A stretch of DNA of 64,000 bases, taken from the IMG/VR virus record IMGVR_UViG_3300017991_005548, positions 124,001 to 188,000 of that record, one strand, 5' to 3'. Within the stretch, counting starts at the first letter, position 1. Each line of letters starts with the position of its first letter. The position numbers were made by a program, and so were the translations under genes. This document shows, one piece after another, positions 1-9,600 of this stretch. Below the pieces are notes generated by a model. That model saw only the letters and a program-made list of their open reading frames with translations. It was not told the DNA's origin and ran no database searches.

Positions 1-1
1 A

Positions 2-793
2 CTCATTGGCAGACCCGATAAGCTGATGGAAGTTCCCGACATTTTTAATGAAGATGTTGCTGATCTCTTCAAAGGTCCAACCAAGTTTCAAAAACCTTTT
101 GATAGCAAAAAGAAAAGCGTCTCTATGTGCTTGTGGTGCATCTTCGGCATAATCGCCAAAAACAGAAGGGTCAAAGAAGTATTCCCGATAACCATTCAGG
201 ATATGCCATTCCTTTTCTGGGGCTGATGGTTGAGGATCGCTACCGATATTAATTAAAATAAAGGGAGCCTTCTGAGAGAGAAGATTCTCAGGCTTATCCC
301 GCTTACGTCCATCAATGTCTATCTCTTCATAAAAATTAATCCCTTTGGTATCATGTGGAGAGACATAGCCCCCAAGAACAGTACCTTCTCGATCATCCTG
401 GGTTCTCATTTTTAAGTGGGGAGGGAGGGCCTTCGCAACAGATGGCATACGATTGAGATTAACCTCAATGATTGGAATCCTGTCAACGTTTTCTCCACCA
501 AGATCTTTATGGATTAGATCCTTGATATTTTTGAAGCCATCAAGATACCGTACTCTTAAAGATGAGAAGGGCGATCCATAAATGATAGGTTCTTTTGAGT
601 AAGTTCCAAAAGTCTCAACGACCTTATCTTTGATCTTGTCAAAGAGTTCTTCAAACTGATAGTTAGTGAAATAATCTTTGTTGATAACATAGAACCTTCC
701 AGAGTCGATATCATAACAGACCTGTAGAAGGTGTTTGGCATCGAATCCCTTGAACTGCTCCTTAAGAAGCTCCAAGGCGGTTTTTGCATTCAT
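2..793 (-). CDS. Hypothetical protein, 3' end runs off the window (not in the supplied ORF track)
   Basis: Manual translation from ATG at 793 gives MNAKTALELLKEQFKGFDAKHLLQVCYDIDSGRF...GNFHQLIGSANE, 264 open codons with no stop before position 1. It is co-oriented with all other genes. Confidence 0.85.
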   Translation of the reverse strand, partial: MNAKTALELLKEQFKGFDAKHLLQVCYDIDSGRFYVINKDYFTNYQFEELFDKIKDKVVETFGTYSKEPIIYGSPFSSLRVRYLDGFKNIKDLIHKDLGGENVDRIPIIEVNLNRMPSVAKALPPHLKMRTQDDREGTVLGGYVSPHDTKGINFYEEIDIDGRKRDKPENLLSQKAPFILINIGSDPQPSAPEKEWHILNGYREYFFDPSVFGDYAEDAPQAHRDAFLFAIKRFLKLGWTFEEISNIFIKNVGNFHQLIGSANE

Positions 794-854
794 GCTGACA
801 GGAGCACGAAAAATTCTGGATTTGTGGTTTTTAGTTGGTAATGACGCAAAATAA

Positions 855-2966
855 CTAACGATTTGGTTTCTTAGATTCGAGGTAGTCTGTTGCTTCGATG
901 TCATATTCAATTCTCGCTTTGAACTCGCCCAAATTCCACGAATCTGGATCAACGGGTTCGTATGTTTTGCCGTTAAGTATCAACTTATAGTTGAATATTG
1001 CTATCGTTGTTGGCCAACTCTTTCCATTGTACTGATTACACATTCCAAGACCATGAATCCAAGCGGAAGCTTCTGGTTCGTTGTATCCCTGGTCCATTAA
1101 ACCTGAGAATCCAACAGCATAACAGCCGAATCGGATTGATGGATAATGTATATGCCCAATAAATGTGTTATGACCTAACGATCTTGACGCTTTCTCCAAT
1201 TTGTTTCCATTTTGGTTGTAAAAGGTCATGTCGCCATGTATGAACTTGGCGCTACCTATTTCCAGTACATTCTTAAGATAAGTTATCTCGTATCCAGAAT
1301 TTGTCAAGTCGCAAATGAACTCAACATTGAGAATTGAGTTCAATTGAGGGTATTTTTTTATGAAATCCTGGGCAAATCGCTCATGGTTACCTGTAATCGC
1401 ATGGCGTTCCTTTGCCCATTTTGCCATTCGTTTCATAATATAGCTGGTTCTTGCCCCTTCGTTCAAATAATCACCAAAAATTACATGTCCTTTGTCCAGA
1501 TCATGGTGGTTAATTGCCTTGGCATCAAAAAAGTCTCCAACATTAACTAATACATCTGGTTTGTAATCTTTACATACTTGTTCCTGGAGATCAAGCACAT
1601 TAGCGTCATGACTTGGAGCATGCATGTCAGCCGTCACAAAAATCTTTTTACTTGGTTCATGTACGCCTTTTGAAGAAATGATTTTGTCGAAATACGAAGT
1701 GTAGTATTCGCCATTTATTTGCTGAACCAAACATGGTACAACAGTATGATCCCCATCTTCATTTACATGAACAATCAGAATCCCCTGATTCCAAATCTCA
1801 TATTTATGCTTTTGCTTTCTATACTTAGAAAACCCATCATGATAGGCGACTTTCACAGTCCTTCTGTCTTGAAAGTCAATCTGTTTGATAGTTCTAATTA
1901 TGTGTTTCTCGCATAATGATCCAGGAGACATGAAGAAATGGGAAGATCCATCAGATGCGGCTTTAGAAACAACCTCTTGTCGATGACAGTTCACAATCAT
2001 CTTGCCTGCAAAAATCTCGTTATCAAGGTTTTTAATAGAGGTTGAGACATAATCAGTGATCATATCCTGATTACTTACGGTCAGGTCATGTCCTAAATTA
2101 ATATCTTCTCTAATAATTTTATAGCTAAAGTTATGGGAGAACCTTTTCTTATGAACAAACTTGAGTTCTTCTGTTTTAGCAAGAACAATTAAGTTCTCCA
2201 CATCTCCCCACTTAAAGCTAATCTCATTATCGTCATCTAGAATATGACCTATGTGAATGACATTGTCTGCGTCAAAGAAATCGTTGACATTATTAATTAG
2301 ATCAAGCATCTTTCTCTTAGTATGCTTGCCATGAGAGTCACCAACAACGATATAGGTTCCTTCATCAAGTTGGATCGATTCCTCATTTCCCAACCCATAT
2401 TCATCAAGGTCTTGAGTTGCGAGGTCTTTAATCTCTGTAAAACAGATGGGAAGGTCTTTTTCTTGAAGGTTGATCCTTTCCAAAAAGTCGTCTTTTCTCA
2501 TCTCTTTAATTCGACAGTAATTATGTCTACTCAAAGAGACCATCGCATTAACTAGATGCTGAATCAGTTCTTCATTACTTTTGGCTTCCTCATCCTCACC
2601 TTTTTCATTAGCATGGAAAGTTGCCGCATGCCATGCTTTCCAGTCTGTATTCTGTGCTTTCCTTTCAACAGAAGAGACAGTTCTCTCCATCTTCTCTGCT
2701 ATAAAAGGGTATGATTTTTCAGAATCTAGATACGTATGGAGACGCAACATATCCTGTTGACTCCATACGCTTCGTCTATTTATGGGGTCGGTATTTTCTT
2801 CAGTATCATCGAAGAAATGTTTCCAATTTACTCTACTAAATTTTCTTCTGGCCGCATCACCACTACATCTCAGTTCCTCCCCGATCTCTGGCCATGTTTT
2901 TCCTTGATTAACTCTCAGTTCATACAATTGTTCGGTGTTGTCATTAGTCCAAAAAGACACGCTCAT
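855..2966 (-). CDS. Two Myb/HTH-like repeats fused to tandem calcineurin-like metallophosphoesterase domains (first degenerate, second intact)
   Basis: N-terminal repeats WTNDNTEQL..KTWPEIGEELRCSGDAARRKF and WSQQDMLRL..KSYPFIAEKMERTVSSVERK. Domain 1 has GDSHG, GHILD and NCHRQ. Domain 2 has ADMH, GDFFD, GNHE, HGD and GHIH. GGAG RBS. Confidence 0.85.
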   Translation of the reverse strand: MSVSFWTNDNTEQLYELRVNQGKTWPEIGEELRCSGDAARRKFSRVNWKHFFDDTEENTDPINRRSVWSQQDMLRLHTYLDSEKSYPFIAEKMERTVSSVERKAQNTDWKAWHAATFHANEKGEDEEAKSNEELIQHLVNAMVSLSRHNYCRIKEMRKDDFLERINLQEKDLPICFTEIKDLATQDLDEYGLGNEESIQLDEGTYIVVGDSHGKHTKRKMLDLINNVNDFFDADNVIHIGHILDDDNEISFKWGDVENLIVLAKTEELKFVHKKRFSHNFSYKIIREDINLGHDLTVSNQDMITDYVSTSIKNLDNEIFAGKMIVNCHRQEVVSKAASDGSSHFFMSPGSLCEKHIIRTIKQIDFQDRRTVKVAYHDGFSKYRKQKHKYEIWNQGILIVHVNEDGDHTVVPCLVQQINGEYYTSYFDKIISSKGVHEPSKKIFVTADMHAPSHDANVLDLQEQVCKDYKPDVLVNVGDFFDAKAINHHDLDKGHVIFGDYLNEGARTSYIMKRMAKWAKERHAITGNHERFAQDFIKKYPQLNSILNVEFICDLTNSGYEITYLKNVLEIGSAKFIHGDMTFYNQNGNKLEKASRSLGHNTFIGHIHYPSIRFGCYAVGFSGLMDQGYNEPEASAWIHGLGMCNQYNGKSWPTTIAIFNYKLILNGKTYEPVDPDSWNLGEFKARIEYDIEATDYLESKKPNR

Positions 2967-2998
2967 ATAAATTTCTCCACAAGAAATGATATACTATA

Positions 2999-3026
2999 AT
3001 TATAGCCAGCAATCCGCCGACTACAA
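2999..3026 (-). promoter_or_regulatory. Possible sigma70-type promoter for the phosphoesterase gene
   Basis: Minus strand reads TTGTAG-N16-TATAAT just upstream of the RBS/ATG at 2966. Confidence 0.4.
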
Positions 3027-3674
3027 GCAAAAATACGAAAATTCAACAAAACCCATTTCCTCAGGTACATTTTCATATCTAACAACAAACCCATTTTCGA
3101 GCAATTCATAGACATAAAGTCTTGGAAAATCGAATGGGCCTGGATACTCGTTTGAAGTTGTGCTACTGTCACTACTTAAAGATTGGCTTGAACTACTGGA
3201 TGAGTCTTTTGAGCTAGAACTGGACGTACTGTCTGAACTAGGAGTATCTTCGCTACTGGTGCTGGAAGAATCTAATGAGCTTGAACTAGAGGAATACTCT
3301 TGTGAGCTTGAACTAGGAGATCCTAAGCTACTTGAAGAAGATTCGCTTGCCTCTGTTGAGCTACTACTGCTTGATGAGTCTTTTGAGCTTGAAGAACTGG
3401 ATTCAGTAGAAAGTGAAATTGAAGTAAGACTGGATTCAGAAGTTGGGCTTGATGAGCTTGATGAAGATATTCCCCCTATTGATAAACTTGATTCACTAGA
3501 AGAACTATATTCAATAGCTGGATTATAAATAGGTATAGAGGCCCATGTGATAATGGCACTCGTTATAGGATAACCAGTTATGATAGTAATATATCCATCT
3601 CCTGAACCAGCGTAAGCCTTCTTTCCTGTCAGGGGATAGTTATCAGATCTTCTTAAATCGTATCGTCTTATCAT
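3021..3674 (-). CDS. Small putative virion protein: beta-rich domain interrupted by a ~120-aa Ser-rich tract
   Basis: ATGA overlap with the upstream giant gene. Beta-strand-like N- and C-terminal parts (YITIITGYPITSAIITW / LYVYELLENGFVVRY..FSYFC) flank a poly-Ser tract. Confidence 0.75.
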   Translation of the reverse strand: MIRRYDLRRSDNYPLTGKKAYAGSGDGYITIITGYPITSAIITWASIPIYNPAIEYSSSSESSLSIGGISSSSSSSPTSESSLTSISLSTESSSSSSKDSSSSSSSTEASESSSSSLGSPSSSSQEYSSSSSSLDSSSTSSEDTPSSDSTSSSSSKDSSSSSSQSLSSDSSTTSNEYPGPFDFPRLYVYELLENGFVVRYENVPEEMGFVEFSYFCL

Positions 3675-6600
3675 TCTGGTAGCCTTTTGCTTATTGGAAC
3701 GTTTATAATAGTTCCATCACTTGACCTCGGAATCCTTTTGGAAATATTATACATTACTCCAATATGATGGATAACTGCGACCTCATCAGTGAAATTTGTT
3801 ACTCTTGTTGCGACTCTGAATGATGACGCAAAGAACAAATCCATAAATATAGTTGTCGATGGGTCCTGTGGAGCCAAGAATGTAATCGTCCCTTCAATAT
3901 TATTGGCCGCGTATTCTGAAGAATCAATCAAAGTCCCTTGAGTCTCATCCAGTCCAAGTCTATAAACATTCAGTGTAAAGTTTGCATTCCATCGACCATT
4001 AACAGCCGTATAAGTTTTGAAATCTTCTGTTTGTAATAATTCATTAAACCTTGTGGGCAATATCGTATGTTGATCTGGAATGATGTTATAGTACTCTTCT
4101 GGTCTCAAGGATTCACTTTGAGTCATAAGGTATTCTACAGTAGAGTTCTCTGGGACATCTGCTTCGCTAGTTATATGAATTGAAGAAATGTATTCGTCAT
4201 CGTCCAAGTTCACTGAGATTGGTTTGAAGAAAATAACGAATTCTCTTGGGTTGTAATAATCAACTTCTACTCCACCGTTAATTACTGGGGTTTGGAAATC
4301 AGAGTTTCCAACGAGTTTGATCTCATATTGAATATATTTCTGCAAAGCATCAATTGACTTGTCATGTTCATAAGGAATTGAATAGTCAATGAAGTCAGTC
4401 CAGTCAGAATATGTAATCCCATCTACACTAGTTCTTATTCTGTAGGTTACTTCTGCTCCTGTAGGAACGGTAACTCCCGCTATTACAGTAGTGTCTGGGA
4501 TATTGGGATTCTCAAAGACAATCGTCCCAGTAAGAGTTGTTGTGTTAATTTGTAAATTATTCCCTGATGCGATCTCATTACAAATACTATTTATTTGGGC
4601 TGAAGTGCTGTTATCTAAGTAGAATACAGACGATCCTCCCTCCTCTCCATATTTCTCAAGCAAGATAGAGTCAGATGCATGGGGTTGCCCTAATTGAATC
4701 GGAATTATCTGAACTTCACCCTCTCCATCAACAAAGTTGACAGTTTGTACAGCTTGATTTAAAGAATTCTCGGATGTATTCTCGTCGCCATCTGTGACAA
4801 TGATTACAAATTTCTTATAGTCTTTGTAATCTTCGTTATTTGTTTGATATTGGACCAATTGCTCTGCGGCTCTTTTTACTGCATCATGCAATTGACTTGC
4901 ACCAAAGAAACCAAATGAATCGATTGCAGAGGCCAAGTAGATATCATCACTTGTTAACTCTGGGACTCTATGTCTAATGGATGGATACCATTGTTGAATA
5001 CTGGCCACATTGATGATGAATTGTCTTTCGGAAAGATAACCATCAGACGTTGCAGAAACTCTGGCCTTAATATGCATGTAATCTCTTTTTACTCCTGCTC
5101 CCATTACCAAGAATCCAGGATCAGTTCCTTCTTCGTCTTCTGGTGGTTTGTATGGAAGTAGTTCAACAGTAATACGAGATCCATCAGTTACAATCTCTTC
5201 TGGTACGACAATTACATTCCCGATATCGTCAACGTACTGATACTCAGGGAACTTCGCATAAACACGAATATCAAAACCTCTTTCAGTTTCTTCGATATCG
5301 GTAGCAGTATAGAATGTTGCGGACGTATCTTCACTTCCAGCAGGGCCAGCAACTCCTGATTGAGATGAAGCTTCTTCTTCGTCCTCATAATCTAATATAA
5401 AGATTGGTTCACCATTATTAAGGTCGTTCCCCAATTCTATCTTAGTAGCAAGTCGTCTTGCCAATTCAGTTCCAGCAGGCACTTCGAGCGTAGCAAACAT
5501 CATTCTGTTGCCTTCTGGATTCACAGGTTCATTTTCATATGGTTGCGAATTTGTGGGATCGTATCTAACTGTTCCATTTACAACAAAGTCTGTATCAATA
5601 TTCTTTGTTGGAAGAATGTTCGTCATGGCAACACATCTGACATTATGAGAGTGACTTAACTGCTCATCTGATTCATAGCTGGTAAACGTATGAGTATGAT
5701 TGCCAATTGAGCCGAACAAATTAATCGTACTTGTCGTAGTGCCATTCCCATTGATATCTAAGCTAATTACATGAGTGTGACTGCTTACTACTTCACCTCC
5801 GCTATCTTCGTCATATACGTCTGAACGAATTAAACCAGACTGAACAGAATAGTCAGACAAAGAAATGTCTTGGTTGGGACCGACAATCAAACAACCATCA
5901 ATCAGGTTTCTTGTATCCTTCATCTGAGGTAACTGTCCACCAGAAGCATTACTCTCTTCGCAAATTCCACTTTCAAATGTCACTTTTGGCAATGGATACT
6001 CTATTACTGACTCAAAATCGGTTCCCTCATTAATTGTGAGTTGATTGAGAATTGGTTGGCCTTTCCAAGTCAATTCAGCATAGATTCTTGCAGTAGTAAC
6101 TCCATCTCTGACAAAATTAGTCTCATATTTTAGCTCAATACCAAGGGGTTCCACATATTGTTGTAGTGGTTTTGGAATTCTAATGCCACCACCAGGAGTG
6201 GGGAGTGGCCTTCCATTGGCGATTTCTCCTCTTCTGTATCCCCCTTCTTCCTTTCTGTAAGAGGTATATGCTTCAACCTGACTTAACCAAGGCTCTCTAA
6301 AGATCTCACGTTCTCCAAGAGGTTGCTGATGTCCAATATTTTTGTTTTTAGGAATGGCTGTTAACTCAAGCCTATCTGTTTGCCAAGTGGACCTTCTAGG
6401 GTTTGAATTGAATGTTGTTAAAGTTCTTGGTAAATCATTCGGTTGTCCCAAACCTCTAAGCCTTTTTACACCATCCTCTCCAACGAAAATGTCAGTTGGG
6501 TTGAAGTCATCTTGTAAATCCACTACAATTTTTGCGTTTGGATTACTTTCTCCATCAGCGTAGATAGGTGTCAGAGCGTCTTTTGCATAAAAAATGAATG

Positions 6601-9600
6601 AATCATCCTCATCTCCAAAGTTCTGACCAGTCAAGCTAACGATCCTTCTAACTTTTCTTACATATCCAGATGGATGGAAAACTTCAATATCTACATTAAC
6701 ATCCACAATTGGAGGGCAAAGTTCTGCCGCCGCCGCACCCGCTTCCCTTGGTTCAACTGGCTCTATTGGCCCAATGAATACCCCTCCAGCCCAACCATTA
6801 TCAGTAACACTTGAGCTTGGCTCAACATTAAATTGTTTGGCTGATCTAAAAGAGAAGTTTACTTGGACGTTATCTTCAACAACTTCACTAGCGTCAAGAT
6901 ATTCCACGCCAGTCCCTATCTCATAAACTTCATTTTCAGCAGGGACCAAAACGCCTGGATTTACAGAAGTTATAGTAACTGGATTCGCTATGAAGAACAT
7001 ATCTGCTAATATTTGCTCATGTTGATCTCTGTCCCCAAACGATACAGAAGCTTCGATAAATAACAAGGAAACAATATCACTCGTTGGTATTGTTATAGAG
7101 GCTTTGCCATTAACTATTTCTAAAGAGAATTGATACTGCTCAAACTGTTTGGCATATGTCCATTCTGCTGGATCTTGATAGAAAAGTCCGCTTTCTTCCT
7201 CAGTATCTTGTTGAACAGATCCACCAACAAGTTCAATGTATTGATTAATGATGTCATTTGCGTTAGTAGATCTGAGTCCAGTTCCAGAACTTGCACTTGG
7301 TGCGCTATCCGTCTCATTAACAGATTCAAGAACTTCTTCGAACGGATTGTTTTGAACTATTTCTCTCCATTGATCGATAGCTGTTTTGGGTGTTTCCACA
7401 GGCTCCCCATTTTCATCAACAGCCACATTTTCCAATGGTCTTATATTAGCAAATTGTTGAGTTGTTGGATATGAAGAATCTTTATAAACAACATTTGATG
7501 CTGTTGCATCCAAATCAATCACTCTATTTGTATACAGAGTTATATTAATGAATTGATCGTTAGCTAAAACAAACTCATCAGCCACAATATAATTAAGAGT
7601 AATTGTACTGCCATCAGAAGCATGATATCCTCTAACATACCTTTTCTCATATCGTGGAAAACAATCTAAGCTATCTTCATCTTTTGGAGCGGCTAGATAA
7701 TATTGGACCCGATCTGATTCAACATAAGTACTGTCAATAACAATAGGGGAAATAAAAGAAACTTCAAATGGATCTAGATACAATCTAGCAAGAGTCCTCC
7801 CAGTTTCACCCATAAAATCGGCATATGCGAAAATCTCATAATCTTTCGAGAAGAATAAAGGATTTTCTATGCCAGGGATATTCAGCCCTTCAAAAGTTTT
7901 CTCCTCATATTCAGTGGCAAAACTCTGCATAGATGACGTAGCCAAACCATTAGAGGTATATATTGGAGTTTCGATTACATAATCGACATCTTCTTCTGTG
8001 GCATCAGTTTCTTCAGCAGTTGGTAATTCTGTGGCCGTTTCTTGATCCCCATCATTTTGCTCTAATTGAGCTACAATATCCGTTTCAGGAGAGTATCTGA
8101 GTAATCGACTTAAATCTTCTTCTTTGTCTTTTACTGTTTCCAATATATCTTCAACAATAGGAAGTACCCTTGCACAAACGTTACCATCAACAGTTGGCAT
8201 ATCAAGAGTTTGCCTCTGAGTAAATTTTTCTGCAAGATTCAAATCTTCATAAGGAGTTGATGGTGGAACTCTGTCGATATCATATGGTTTTAATAATGAT
8301 GGATCAACATCTTTGTCATTAACAATTGGAGTCACATCAACGCTAAGTATCTCTGTCGCAAGAATATTATCTGTTGGAGTTAACTTCTCATCTGACGATT
8401 CGTTAAGTCTTATGGTTGTTCCCAATTCAGCAGAAACATCAAACAAAAGTGGATCGACAATATCAATGTATGGCCCAAGATTTGGATCAGTTCCAATCTC
8501 ATCAATTTTGGTTGTTTGGATGTTACCTGATTTATCTAGAATATCAATAATACTTTCTCTGAAATACCCCTCAGTAGATTGTACATAAATTCTTTTTTGG
8601 CCAGCAAACGATGGGTATGTTACAAAGGCTGATTCTATTTTGTCTTTTGCAAAAATGTCTGGCTCTTTATCAACTAACAAATTGACTTCTGTTCCGTCAG
8701 GGAACGGAGTTCCATCTTTCTCAAAGAAACTCATTGGAAGAAGGGCTGTCTGCCCAAAGAAGAAGATGTTATAACTCACCCATTCACTAAATGCTTCGAA
8801 ATCCCACTCTAAATAGTAACCATCTGAATTCTGCAAATAAAAGACGACATCTCTTGAGACCTTAGTATCTCTAACAAGGATGTTTGCGGTTGATCCGTTA
8901 ATGTTTGTTATTTTGTTATAAGAACTGTCTTGAACAATACTGCCAGCTAAACTATTATTTGTGACAGCGAGGCGCACACCAGGATCGAAGGTTATTGTAT
9001 TACTATCAATCTCTGTGATTGTATGGCCAATATTAGCGGCATCCCCTTGTAAGATATCTATTACATCTCCAACTTCAAAATCAGAAGCGTCTTCAACTGT
9101 TACAGTTGTGTCTCCAACATACAAAATGCTAGTAATATTGCTTTGCGTTATTCCTGCATTTGTTAGTAGCTTTCTGGAGATAAGATTTGTAGATGCAACG
9201 ATATCTATGGACTCTTCATTATTTGGGGCATTATTCCCAAGAGTAATTGAAGGAGATTCACTGCCAGGATAAAATAACTGCCAATTAGTAAGATTTACAT
9301 CACTAATAACATTGAAGTCAACTTTGAAATCTCCAATATTGTATGTATGGTTATTTTCAAGAGTCTTAAATCCATAAGCAATCATGGGATCTTCAACAGA
9401 AACAGCAGTAACTGATGAGAAATCTATTGTCGCATCACCAGTTCCAGAAACCAGATTCAAAGTCCCACTATCAATTGGACTAGTGTTACCATATGTAATT
9501 AAAGAAATCTGATCACTTTTTAGCTTATGTTGAACCGTAAACTCAGCACCATTATTCTCATAAACAGCGTCAACATCAGCCTGAGAACCCGAAACATCAA

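Noticed and set aside
26-789. Track ORFs 26-226 (+) and 556-789 (-)
   Set aside because: Both overlap a longer uninterrupted minus-strand frame starting at 793 that runs off the window.
3160-3528. Plus-strand Leu/Glu-rich ORFs opposite Ser tracts (also 10338-10565, 19953-20237, 36337-36552, 60960-61187) and alternative-frame Val/Gln/Leu ORFs such as 19896-20393
   Set aside because: They are shadows of low-complexity Ser codons and lie wholly inside long minus-strand genes.
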